A stretch of DNA of 64,000 nucleotides from positions 7,199,782 through 7,263,781 of the forward strand of contig NC_068981.1 in assembly GCF_001194135.2 (NCBI RefSeq), in the 5' to 3' direction. Origin of the DNA: Octopus bimaculoides. Taxonomy: Eukaryota. This document shows, in pieces, positions 1 to 11,769 of this stretch (within the stretch, counting starts at the first letter, position 1; each line of letters begins with the position of its first letter). The notes below the pieces were generated by a model. It made no database searches. It saw nothing but the letters and a program-made list of their open reading frames with translations, and was not told the DNA's origin. The position numbers and the translations under genes were made by a program.

Positions 1-1549
1 AACGCTAAATTCTTTTCTAATTAGCAATAAGTAACATACATCTTCCTTTTTATTAAATGATTCTAATGGGAATAAGGACCATAACGAATAATAGACTACG
101 GTGTTGACCAAAATCAACGCAGTATATTACAAGTATTTAATTGACGAAACAATACATTAAATAGCTGACTTGTAGGATAAATATATCTATATCGAAAGAT
201 GTACAAGATTTAACAGAAACGATGAAAATAAAATAAGACGTTTGTTTACATTTGTCAGTTTCCTTACTTACTTGTTTACACAACATCACTTAATCTTGTC
301 TCATTTCCGATACAAACACATCTTTTCATTCTGTCTTAGAGACTCTGAAGAAATGTGAGAATTAATCTTGACATCGCAAGAATCGGTGAATCCGTCATGA
401 AATGTCTACATCAGTATCATTACTCACAGCGCTCGGCAATACTGCATTGTTGTACCTACATAGATATATGTGAACTGAGCCGTTGAAAGTGAAGGGGGCC
501 AAAATACATTGTATATAACAAAGGACGAAGCGGCGACCTCTATGTTGGCTGGCCTGGACACGACTGGCCATTTGCAATTTTCTGTATTATTGACAGAGTC
601 TTTTAAAAGATACTTATACACACTTCACGTAAACAAATACAGACATATACATACATGAATACACTCACACAAATTGGAAGGTAATTACATTCAAAGCATA
701 CTAACAGCTCAGCCCCCCCTCCACCTCTAACCTCAGACAGTTTATAAATAAAAACAGGTCTTCCACATATCTTCTTCCAATTACCAATCTGATAATATCT
801 TAATTACTTCAAGAGGCCAACAAATTCCATCCTTTCTCCCACCCCCAAGAATCTTATTTTGTACACGTTAGAAAACGACTGCGCGCAATAACGTGCCATA
901 CTCCCACCCCACCCCCGTTTGTGGTGTTATATATAAACACTGAAGGGTGCTTTTTCATACACCTAAATTAGGCAGGCCTAGTGCACTTTTACTCCAAGGT
1001 TTTGCTTTAATAGGGCTTCGGAGTGAAGCCTCTGCCGAAAATGTTACCAAGCCACTCAGTTTGATTGGTTGAATTCTTCTTAAATTACAGATTTCGAGAC
1101 TTCCTGATCTACTGCCAAGAAGAGGTTGAAACGGTTGGTACTTCGTGAGTAACAAGTCAAATAATTACGAACAGACGTAATGCGGCGAGTAACATAAACT
1201 CTATCCGAGTGAGGGAGAGGCAAGAGGCAAGCAGTGCTGAATAATGTTGAGCTTAACCGAACAAAGGTAAGTGAGAGAACCTAAAGACAAAACAAAAAAA
1301 CTTTTGAGTTTAAAAACAAAACTTTTGACTTTAAAATGAGTTATGGTACCGAAGTCACAATTTATTAAAATTCAAAATAGATGACGTGGAATCGGGGAGG
1401 TGTTAAACAGGGTAGACAACTCATGACATCTTTGTATTATTAGACCTCTTTAGCTAATGTGAAGACCGGGGTGCATGTTACTTGGTAGACAGGAGAGAGA
1501 GAGAGATTTAAGATTCTAAGTTAAATGTCCTTAAAACACACACAAATAA

Positions 1550-1712
1550 AGAATCTTTTCTACTCTAAGCGCAAGGCCCGAAATTTTGTGGGAGGGGGCC
1601 AGTCGATTAGATCGACCCAGTACGCAGCTGGTACTTAATTTATCTAACCCGAAAGGATGAAGGGAAAAGTCGACCTCGGTGGAATTTGAACTCAGAACGT
1701 AAAGATAGACAA
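1550..1712 (-). mobile_element. SINE family B copy (tRNA-like head, GTCGACTTTGCCTTTCATCCTTTCGGGGTCGATAAATTAAGTACCAG core)
   Basis: Reverse complement matches the family B copies at 11770, 44760 and 57380 across the core and the ggccttgtgcctagagtagaaaaga-type tail. Confidence 0.85.
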
Positions 1713-2395
1713 ACAAAGAATGATCTAACAGTCTTAATACAAACCGAGAACTGTTAATGTACCTCTCACCTCTCTCTCTTTCTCACACCTCCTCTCTCAT
1801 CACACCCATATTTCCAATGCATACATTACTCATCCACCCCACCTTCCAACTTCTCAACAATTCCAGCGCAGCTGACCACTGGCCTCTCCTTCATAATGCC
1901 AGCCGCCCGGATCAGCCACGACAGTCGAACAATTTATGCCAGGACAGTTGAACAGGATAGTTCTTGACCAGTTTTTACGAACATGAACTTTTCCATTGTG
2001 TTATCCAGAGGACGTTTTCTAACATTTGTTTGTCGTGAATATATTTTGAGGTATCTAATGCTTTATCTGTTTAAAATATATAAAAACAAATGTGTAACAA
2101 AATAAATTTATATGGAAGTTCCTGAGGAGGGAGGGTCTAGCATTTGGGACTGAAATCTATGACCCCCAACCCCCCACCGCCGAATTGGACACCACTGCAC
2201 ATCAAAGATCCTGCCTTCTCTGTCTAAAGTAAGTTTAGGTTTGAAGGGCCAACAGTTATTCAATACCCTGCTAATAAACCTTCAAATATTCACGAGGAAT
2301 AAATGTGAATGTGCTCAAAGGACATGGAGACAAATCTTTGTTTGAGATACCAGATGAATTCTACATCAGGGTATGCATCACAAAAAGAGGGTAGG

Positions 2396-2430
2396 GGCAA
2401 CGTTGTTCAACTCACTGCTTCATCAGAACC
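2396..2430 (-). ncRNA. Degenerate hammerhead-like motif
   Basis: Minus strand reads CTGATGA-AGC-AGTGA-GTT-GAA-CAACGTTG-C. The first core box is intact, stem II has 3 bp and stem III is palindromic, but the A15.1-U16.1 pair is replaced by C-G and stem I is poor. Confidence 0.25.
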
Positions 2431-2638
2431 AAATCCGGAGTAAGGTACAGGAAGCGAGTTCGAAATAAACTAGTAATCACACTGAAAGTAGAGCCCCAGC
2501 ATGGCTGCGACCCCTATCGAAAACAAGAAAAGAAACAAAGAGAATAAAGGCTAGAGATTTCCAATTCACCCTGTGTCACTGTATACAAACGTACGTGTGT
2601 GTGTGTGTGTGTGTGTGTGTGTNNNNNNNNNNTGTGTG

Positions 2639-2670
<32 letters not shown>

Positions 2671-2789
2671 TGCGTGTGTGCAGAGCTTTATAAATACGAA
2701 AGAGTTTATGTCTGAGATTTGATGTTTGTATTTGTAAGAGTAAGCAAGAATAGAAGTAATGGACTTATCAAGCTTAAGTTTCGCTCCCG

Positions 2790-3100
2790 CTTCTTGCTTA
2801 TTTTCAGACAGTGCTTATGCTTTTAACGCTATTCATATCCCCAGACTGAATGGTATTGCCCAGGTGTCGATACCATAATGACATCAGTTAGGCAGCTGAT
2901 GATGGGCGTATGCATGTAATGTGCTTGTTGAGTGTGAGCCTTTTGTATCTTGTGTTCTCGTGGTTCTAGGTTGCCCTTCATTGAAATGCTAGTCCTCGTA
3001 GGGTTGAACCTGTTTAGGGGTTCTTTGTGGTTGGCGTTGCCGTTGTTTATAGTGCACCATACTTTGCCGTAGCATGCTAGGCTTTCGTATCTAACACTGG
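2790..3100 (-). other. Unassigned ~90-codon open frame; decayed retroelement or orphan exon
   Basis: Stop-free minus frame (VRYESLACYGKVWCTINNGNANHKEPL...QYHSVWGYE*) with A/C-rich codons, preceded by an acceptor-like ttatccttaccag. No motif recognised. Confidence 0.2.
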
Positions 3101-4059
3101 TAAGGATAATACTTGTTTAAGTTTTTTCTAGTTTATGGTAGTTTTGTTGCATATATACCTGTTTGTACTTATGCATGTGTATATATATATATATATATAT
3201 ATATTATAAGGTTTTTAACTTTTAAATTTTCATATTCAAAAGAGACAGAGACTTCAAACTCGATATATCGATTTATTCACCACTCTATGTTAACATTTCT
3301 GTTAATGATCCCCTAAGGTAAGTTCTTATGCTATATTGGTAACGGTTGCTACATCCTCTGGAAAATTATTATACATATATATATATATATATATCATACG
3401 TGCACGGTCCATGGAAACAAGGGAAGCAAATGTTTCCCTTACAAATTATAGAAACAAAATTCAAACTTATTTTTCATAAGATCGTTCTTCTGATGTTCTG
3501 TAAAATTAATATAAACTACATGACAACATAGGCTTCAGACTTTTACTGTCGGAATTAGCATGAGACGACATGTAGTGCAGACGACACAAAAAACCTGTGC
3601 AAGGGAAGCAACATAAACCATTGCATCCGTTTCGGTGTAATATTTTAATATTTTTTCCCATAAAAATGCCAACAAAGACAATTTTTTTCTAGTAAGGGCT
3701 AATAACAAATAGTTTTAGATGCTAATAAATGCTTATATGCTTAGATTAATTTATGTCAATTTGCAATACCTATGATATATATAATCTTACGTTGTTATGT
3801 AACACTTACATGCGAAAAGGGAAGCAAGTTGACTTTCTGCTTCCATTCGAAAAACGGTGAAAAGGTAGCTTTCAACGTTTATTCAACTAACATTTTATAC
3901 TTTTCTCAAATTACAGAACATCCTTAATATAAAATGTGATTTAAATTTTTTTTTAAAATTAACTATATAATGTGAACATATCAATTTGATTCAAATATCT
4001 ATGTGACAGAAAATTTTGGTCACTGCTTCCCCAGCCAGAAAGATCAACGCACGTCCCTG

Positions 4060-4093
<34 letters not shown>

Positions 4094-4225
4094 NNNNNNN
4101 NNNNNNNNNNNNNNNNNNNNNNNNNNNNNNNNNNNNNNNNNNNNNNNNNNNNNNNNNNNNNNNNNNNNNNNNNNNNNNNNNNNNTACATACATGTACGTA
4201 TATACGCATATACTCATATTATTTG

Positions 4226-4256
<31 letters not shown>

Positions 4257-4384
4257 ATACAAATGTCACCATACATAGGAAAGATTTATTTTTTTTAATA
4301 AGAAACAGTTAAATAAAAAAAACTGTTATAAAAAATAAATTGTTCTTATCTATGGCGATTTTTGAATCAAACTGTGTGTGTATA

Positions 4385-4535
4385 TATATATGGGAGAATA
4401 TACAAATAATAACAACAGACGAGGACAGGTGGTGTAAATAACAAAAGTATATATTAGTATGACGCTCGGGAATACGGAAAGTCTTTGACGTTTCGAGCTA
4501 CGCTCTTCAACAGAAAGAATACGGAGACAAATATA
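4385..4535 (-). mobile_element. Short dispersed repeat carrying a hammerhead-like motif (family H)
   Basis: Homologous to 40890-41070 (+) and partially to 35310-35380 (-). Contains TCTTT-CTGTTGAA-GAGC-GTA-GCTC-GAAA-CGTC-AAAGA at 4518-4482. Confidence 0.7.
4482..4518 (-). ncRNA. Minimal type I hammerhead-like motif, variant core CUGUUGAA
   Basis: Perfect 5-bp stem I (TCTTT/AAAGA), 4-bp stem II (GAGC/GCTC), GAAA, palindromic ACGT stem III and a GUC cleavage triplet. The core has A6>U and an extra A. Confidence 0.5.
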
Positions 4536-4697
4536 TAGACGTATATGCATATATATGTATGCATGTGCATATTTACATACAGGTATATACTACTCATGAA
4601 TACCATTCGTGATGGCAATAGCTGCAGCAATGTGGCTTTGCAGAAAATAACCCGCTAGTATGTTACTGTTTCCTAGCAACAATATTATCTGATAATC

Positions 4698-4867
4698 CTT
4701 GTAATTTCTTGAAGTCAGCTTGGTGTAAAACTCAATGAGGGAGTTGGTAAAAACCAAGTACCTTTATATGAAATAAGCGCCGTGCTTGCTTGCTTAGACA
4801 CAGACACACACCTTTATAAAATATATACAGACGGTGGAAATGTGTTGATCGAGGACTGTTTTTTTTT
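4698..4867 (+). repeat. Left copy of a 170-bp identical inverted duplication
   Basis: Base-for-base reverse complement of 9346-9515 (cttgtaatttcttgaagtc...gaggactgttttttttt). Confidence 0.95.
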
Positions 4868-4988
4868 ACGAATTACATATAACAAAAGGCCGTCTATACA
4901 GTCTCTTGTCCACCAAGAGACAGCCACCAGAGTTCCCAAAACAGCATCTTAGAAAAGAAGGATACGCGAAACCCTTTAAAAAAATTGC

Positions 4989-5200
4989 TTGACTTGTTTC
5001 AGTTAGTAGACTGCGGCCATGCTGGGGCACCGCCTTCAGAAACTTTTAGTCGAATGAATTGACAAACTACTTGTTTTAGTTTTAGCCTAGTATGTTGGTA
5101 TCTTTTGCCGAGCCGCTAAGTTACGGAGAAGTAAATACACCAACACTTGTTGTCAAACGGTGGTGGGGAACCTCACATACAAAGACAAATACATACATAC
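4989..5200 (-). mobile_element. SINE family A, tail half
   Basis: acttgtttcag...gactgcggccatgctggggcaccgcc...ccgctaagttacgg...gttgtcaa matches the 3' half of the full copies at 8241 and 41111. Confidence 0.8.
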
Positions 5201-6168
5201 ATACATACACACATATACCATTTGTTTCTACTGTTTTGTTCTTACTGTTCTGTTTTTGTTACCACTTTGACCCTCCGCAAATCCCAATTTGTATTTAATT
5301 TGCTTTGCGGGAACGACTGTTTTAACGAAGTCACGTCTAGCCTCACGCGGGGTAAATAAAACAGGGGACAACTGATGAAGGGATTGTTCTTTATATTGCC
5401 TGTCTCGTTTCTCTATTTGTTTCTTTCGTTGTTCGAAAAAAAGTTCGTTTTCCATGTTTTTGTTTTTCCTGTTCTCGTTTTTCATGTGGTTCACGTTTTT
5501 TTTTGACGTCCTGTACCCATATATGCATGTGTATATACATATATATATAGGTATGTACATATAGGTATGTACATATAGGTATGTATATATGTATATATAT
5601 GTATTATATGATCGAACNNNNNNNNNNNNNNNNNNNNNNNNNNNNNNNNNNNNNNNNNNNNNNNNNNNNNNNNNNNNNNNNNNNNNNNNNNNNNNNNNNN
5701 NNNNNNNNNNNNNNNNNNNNNNNNNNNNNNNNNNNNNNNNNNNNNNNNNNNNNNNNNNNNNNNNNNNNNNNNNNNNNNNNNNNNNNNNNNNNNNNNNNNN
5801 NNNNNNNNNNNNNNNNNNNNNNNNNNNNNNNNNNNNNNNNNNNNNNNNNNNNNNNNNNNNNNNNNNNNNNNNNNNNNNNNNNNNNNNNNNNNNNNNNNNN
5901 NNNNNNNNNNNNNNNNNNNNNNNNNNNNNNNNNNNNNNNNNNNNNNNNNNNNNNNNNNNNNNNNNNNNNNNNNNNNNNNNNNNNNNNNNNNNNNNNNNNN
6001 NNNNNNNNNNNNNNNNNNNNNNNNNNNNNNNNNNNNNNNNNNNNNNNNNNNNNNNNNNNNNNNNNNNNNNNNNNNNNNNNNNNNATGTGGGGGGGGGCGT
6101 AGGTGGGAGAGACAGAGAGAAACAGGTTCGACAAAAGTGATAGCAGTGTGAATAAAAGGAAAGAGCGA

Positions 6169-6205
<37 letters not shown>

Positions 6206-6666
6206 AAGGAGAGAGAGAGAGAGAGTGAAGAAAGGAGAGAGAGAGAGAGAAGAAAGGAGAGAGAGAGAGTGTGAAGAAAGGAGAGAGAGAGAGAGAAGGA
6301 AAAATCGAAGAAATGAGACAGAGAGATAGAGAGAGAGAGAAGAAAAAAGCGAAGAAAGGAGAGAGAGAGACTGAGGAATTCGTTGTTCAGTTGGTTTGTC
6401 TGAATTGGCAAATTGTAAAGAGGACACACACACTCACACATACATGACGCATAACGTACACACACACACACACACAGACACAACACACACATGTATACGC
6501 TTACGCATTCACTTTCATAAATGCACACATGCACATGTGTGCATGTGCATGTGTGCACCCACATGCGCCTACTTTCCAGTGTTTTCTTCTTTCTCTCTGG
6601 GAACGTTGCCATAGCAAAATGCGTGTGCATGTGTGTATACAAAGCACGTGAGCGTGCGTCTGTACG

Positions 6667-6700
<34 letters not shown>

Positions 6701-7155
6701 TATGTGCGCGTCAGTGTTTGCAATGTAATGTTTATATATAGAAGGGACACAAACCAACGGAATGGCAGAAATGAGAGAGCGCCAGGTTAAATACTGATCT
6801 AAGATCGTTATTGTTGTAACCGTTTCTCTTGGCTTCAAGTCAGTCCTAGTCTAACAGGTTTACTGATCAAAGGTAATTCAGTCGTGGCCATCCCGTCGTT
6901 TAAGAGGTATCGAAAACTTGCCACTGTCCACCGTGTCCTGACCGTTTAAAAAGCAGTACAGTATGATACGTATCTGATTTCTTGCCCATTGACTAATCTC
7001 GCAGGGGCTTCCTCAATGTTCGATTTCATCATGACACATAGGTACCAGTAATATACTGAGATATATTCACTAAACTATACAACTTTATGAACTATCATTA
7101 TTATTCAGGCGATTTACACGGGGACGTGTGTGTTCACCGCCACCTGACAACTCGT

Positions 7156-7518
7156 ACCTCCAAACGCTTTTCTTCCTCCTACCTCCTATCTCCATCTTAT
7201 CTACATTCTCCCTCCTACTTCCAATCTCCATCTTAACTCCATTCTCCCTCCTACCTACATTCTCCTACCTCCCTCCTACTTCCAATCTCCCTCCTACCTC
7301 CATTTTCCCTCCGACCTCCATTTTCCCTCCTACCTCCAATCTCCCTCCTACCTCCAAACGCCTTTTTCCCTTCTACTTCCAATCTCCCTCCTACCTCCAT
7401 TCTCCCTCCGATCTCCATTTTCCCTCCTACCTCCATTCTCCCTCCTACCTCCAATCTCCCTCCTACTTCCATTCTCCCTCCTACTTCCATTCTCCCTCCT
7501 ACCTCCAAACACTTTTCT
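7156..7518. repeat. 18-bp minisatellite (CTCCAWTCTCCCTCCTAC)n
   Basis: About 18-20 degenerate tandem units, bounded by the direct repeat acctccaaac[g/a]cttttct at 7156 and 7501. Confidence 0.9.
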
Positions 7519-7608
7519 AAGTTCCTTTAATGTTTATTCGTACTTCTTTCTTTCCTGTCTCCCTTCGGACATTTGTTTGGCGAATTTGATTTAGCTTCAT
7601 TGATCTGT

Positions 7609-7667
7609 GAGTAGCCTTCACTGAAGAGACGGAACCACGTCGAAACATCACGGTGTCCCAAAGACTC
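7609..7667 (+). ncRNA. Type I hammerhead ribozyme-like motif with canonical core
   Basis: CTGAAGA(7621)-GACG-gaacca-CGTC-GAAA-CATCACGGTG-TC(7657). Stem II is a perfect 4 bp with G10.1-C11.1, stem III has 4 bp, and the site is GUC. Stem I is only partly paired. AATAAA follows at 7676. Confidence 0.55.
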
Positions 7668-8240
7668 CTTACACTAATAAATCAAGGGTAGTGTGAACAC
7701 GCATTGTCTGAACGAAAAAATTATTCCCCGACGACAAACTACGACAGTGATTAGCATATACACGTTCGAAGTAGCCGGAGCCTATTCAGCATGAATATGT
7801 ACGTCATTTTATTTTATTTAAAAAAAAAACGGGGAATTAAATTTTTTCCTGCAAATGCAGACATTTTCCCTATCTTGCTGTTGGCTAGTCCTTTCGTTTT
7901 TCCCAAAATGTTCATAATTAAGATATCTTTTATCTGTTTAATTAATGCCTTTCTATAAAAGCAGTGTTTTTTCTTTTTCACTCACTTCGCACTCCGTTTT
8001 GAAAATCTGTCGATCATATTTTATTCTTTTTGATTCAAGCTGGACATCGCTGGATGTCAACACCTTATTCCCGGTGTCTGGATTAAACAGCATAATTCCA
8101 GGTACCTTGATCAATATTTTACAGCACAATGGATTCATTCATTTGCATGCAGTAACTGTTTCACAACTATATTTCATTATATTGNNNNNNNNNNCCTCCA
8201 AACAAAACAAAAAAAAGACATTTCAAAAGAGTCAAGACTT

Positions 8241-8438
8241 ACTCTTTTACTTGTTTCAGTCATTTGACTGCGGCCATGTTGGAGCACCGCTTTTAGTCGA
8301 GCAAATCGACTCCATGGCTTATTCTTTGTAAGCCTAGTACTTATCTTATTCTATCGGCCTCTTTTGCCGAATGGCTAAGTTACGGGGACGTAAACACACC
8401 AGCATCGGTTGTCAAGCGATGTTGGGGGGACAAACACA

Positions 8439-8481
<43 letters not shown>

Positions 8482-8655
8482 GTATATACATACATACGAC
8501 GGGCTTCTTTCAGTTTCCACCTACCAAATCCACTCACAAGGCTTTGGTCGGCCCGAGGCTATAGTAGAAGACACTTGCCCAAGGTGCCACGCAGTGGGAC
8601 TGAACCCGGAACTATGTGGTTGGTAAGCAAGCTACTTACCACACAGCTACTCCTA
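8241..8655 (-). mobile_element. SINE family A, full length (tRNA-like head, CCTTGGGCAAGTG core, internal microsatellite, tail)
   Basis: Reverse complement has A-box-like ggctgtgtgg, B-box-like GGTTCAGTCCC, ccttgggcaagtgtct, a (TA)(CA)n linker and the gcatggccgcagtcaaatgactgaaacaagtaaaag-type tail. More than 15 copies occur in the window. Confidence 0.92.
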
Positions 8656-8749
8656 TAACTTTTGCAATGTAATCAGACATTTCTCAAACATGGGAAACCT
8701 TAAATTGTGTTGTCTTAGCAACAACAAGAACAACAGCGAAAACAACACA

Positions 8750-9150
8750 GACACAAGTTCTGCTGAGTGAGACCAGACTGTTTGGAATCATCTTGGCCAA
8801 TTTTGCTCGAATTAACTGAAACATTTAATCCCTGATTACGGAAGAGGAAATGGCGCAGTCCTAAAGAAAAAAGTGGTAAAATTGTGTTCTTAAAGACTTC
8901 TCTTTCGCTGCCAGAGTGAAAACCAATTTAAGCTCCAGAGACCAGTTGAGGGGGGAGGCTCTAGCAAATTATCTAGGCTCGTGGGAGTGAGGAAGAGTAT
9001 CAGAAACATGCAGAGACTGTACGCGAAACGCCTGCTCATGAGTTCCATTTCCCCCAGGGAATGAAATAGCCTAAAACAAAGGTAAGAGTCAAGAGAATGG
9101 CGTGTAACTAGATGTCAATTTTGTAATGCAATATGGACGAGTGAATGACA
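8750..9150 (+). mobile_element. Possible heavily decayed LINE endonuclease-region fragment
   Basis: Purine-rich unique stretch beginning ...VLLSETRL..., reminiscent of the APE-endonuclease xLxET motif. Many stops and frameshifts. Confidence 0.2.
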
Positions 9151-9345
9151 AGCGTACATGGGATAATCCAAAGAAGTCAGCATAGATTAGCAAATCCTAA
9201 TGAAACCAGAAGACCACAAGGTCATTCTAGGTTGGTACCCTGTTGTGGGTAGTGAATCAAAGACAATACGACTGAGTGTGGAGGCCCAGTTTTAACATTT
9301 GTGGCAGCAAAGGCCACTTGAGAGCTTCCTGTCCCGAGAAGCTCA

Positions 9346-9515
9346 AAAAAAAAACAGTCCTCGATCAACACATTTCCACCGTCTGTATATATTTTATAAA
9401 GGTGTGTGTCTGTGTCTAAGCAAGCAAGCACGGCGCTTATTTCATATAAAGGTACTTGGTTTTTACCAACTCCCTCATTGAGTTTTACACCAAGCTGACT
9501 TCAAGAAATTACAAG
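9346..9515 (-). repeat. Right copy of the 170-bp identical inverted duplication
   Basis: Reverse complement identical to 4698-4867. Confidence 0.95.
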
Positions 9516-11214
9516 TCACACACAACAAATAGCTCTAAGGATGGTAGAAACACATACCTCGTAGTCAGTTCCGGTGACTGGTAAATAAGAGACAGATAAT
9601 CACAAAGCTTCCCCTACTAAGAGTAACATCCAATCGCCTTGTGATGAGTATGAGAGGATGGAGCAACAAAATAAAAAACTAATTGATAGAGAAACCATGG
9701 TAAAAAGGACAGAATCAATCCACCTACACCCAGAAGAAAAATAAATCTACAAGAAATACAACTGAGAAGTCCAAATTAAGGCCCAACAAAACCGATTTTA
9801 CAAGACTTCATTATGGAAATAAACCTTTAATGGACGATGTAAACAATTTATAAGATTTTGGTCAACAAAATGTGAGAATACGTGACAAAAAATAGTATCT
9901 AATAGTGTGGAACATTTCAGAAGCAGGTTGTTGGTCAGAGTAAATTGTTCATGGATACGAAATGCAATATCTAAATCATAAACAACACGCGGGACCCTTC
10001 TTCTTTATTTCGACTGTTTAACTTCTGATAGGCCACTTTCAGAGCAATACACTATAAATAACCTAAACGGAGTGCAAGACAAGACTACAGGCCCCAAGTT
10101 GTTAAGCGTTCTGACCCCATCTAGATGAACCTTATATGATTTGTTTTTCATACAAATGTTCAACCTGACTCTTATTTTATAAGTATTTAACCCGTTTATT
10201 AAGGGCTCATCCGTTTGTCTATTACAGAAATATAAAATTGTGAAAACAAGAAAAATAAGACGTAAAATTCGAAACATGGTTTGATTTTACTTTAAAATTT
10301 TTACAATTTAACATTTTACAACTCTACAAGTAATTTCATGCTTTAAAAACAATCTTTAGCTAAATGGAAGTGTTCTGCCACAAAGAATAGCGCGAAAGAG
10401 GAAATAAAAGGAACTCAATAAGGCTTTTATAGTTTTATCCTCTTTCATTCTAAGCTGGAGACTTCATTAACCGTCGCTTCGAGTTTCACGTCTGCGATCT
10501 TCGGTGAAATTTCGAAGCTAGGGTAGCAGGCCGGCTGATGACGACTGCTGATATAAACAGAGCAATACCGTCGTCATAGCAGAATAGACCAGGATGGATT
10601 GCAAAATAAAGGCATCAAGTATCACAAAACTCATTGAATAATGAACACTTTATGTTGCTTAAGATTACACCCAAACAAACATTATATGTGACAGCGCAGA
10701 AAAATCTCCCTTTTTTTTGTAGTCTGTCATCCCTTCCCCACCAACCAACTCACGTAGCATTATTCACCCCCTCACCCCCTTTATCTACTATTCACCACAT
10801 CAACCCTTCTTCAATCCTACCTAATCTCTACAGTTTTCGTCTACGTCCTCTGCCTCCCCTATTTCTTATCTCTCACCCACCCCCAAACATTTGTGCAACC
10901 TCCGCCCATCCACACTTTTACTTCTTCTGTCCCCACTCCCTTCAACACACCTCGTATCTTGAGGTGGGGGTCCACCTACACGCCTCTTCACCATTTTTAT
11001 CCCTTCCACCTTAATCACACCGAACCTTTCTTCTAAAATGTGGAAAGTCATGGAGTCCCTCGACAGCCAAATACCTCTTCTGTTCAGGCCCCTTCTCTGC
11101 TACTTTAACCCCTCATCACTTAGCATAAAGCCCCTCCGACTCGAGAGAATTATAGATCTGCAAACATCATGGCAATCTGACTCGTGCAAATGCCACGAAA
11201 AGTAGCACTCAATA

Positions 11215-11360
11215 CGCACTGTGAAGTGGTTGGCATTAGGAAGAGCATCCCAGCCGTAGAAACCATGCAAAAGCAGACAACGGGAGCACGATGCGGTCCT
11301 TGGGCCCATCGGATCCTGTCCAACCATCCAACTCATGCAAGCAAGAAATATAGACATCTA
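11215..11360 (+). mobile_element. SINE or RTE-tail-type short repeat (family C)
   Basis: gtggttggcattaggaagagcatcccagccgtagaaaccatgc...caaccatccaactcatgcaagca resembles an RTE-associated repeat tail I recall from invertebrate genomes. Single clear copy here. Confidence 0.5.
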
Positions 11361-11769
11361 AATAGAGTGTGTGTGTGCGTGTGTGTATGTGTGACTCCAA
11401 TTTAATGTGTGTGCGCACACATACAGAAAATTGAAAATGTCAGATGATGTAAACTGAAAAGTCACCAAAAAATTATAATTTTACTGCAGTATTTTCTGCA
11501 GATAGTTTATTTTATGAAGCACCGATCTAGAACAAACAGCCAACTCTATGTTATCTATAAATATTTTAACTAATACCCAGTAGTGACACACGGTGAAAAT
11601 ATTTATACAAGGCAGTTTACTTTAACATAAAGCTGTCTGTTCCATATCGTTGCTTCATCTAACTCCATAACCACACAAAATACTGCAGGAATATTATAAT
11701 AACTTTCTTCTATTATTAACTGAAGATGATAAAACGTCTTCACACATCAATCAATATTGCTACCTACAC

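Noticed and set aside
345-384. CTGAAGA followed by a stem-loop (ATGT…ACAT)
   Set aside because: The second box is GCAA rather than GAAA, and stems I and III are marginal. Could be chance.
428-599. Candidate minus-strand exon (…CKWPVVSRPANIEVAASSFVIYNVFWPPS…QYCRA) ending at a GTGAGT donor
   Set aside because: The donor is good, but the acceptors have poor pyrimidine tracts, no protein family is recognised and there is no partner exon. Needs RNA-seq or BLAST.
3396-4052. Repeated GGGAAGCA motifs and a possible transposon end (cagggacgtgcg)
   Set aside because: No matching second TIR or TSD could be established.
5372-5400. CTGATGA in a dispersed repeat (related tail at ~14860)
   Set aside because: No downstream GAAA or stem III, so no hammerhead can be drawn.
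7251-7508. MEVGGR-repeat ORF and the opposite-strand PSYLHS ORF
   Set aside because: By-product of an 18-bp minisatellite. No splice or expression evidence.
8560-8655. tRNA-like A/B boxes (also in other SINE heads)
   Set aside because: They are SINE heads with no complete cloverleaf, so not tRNA genes.
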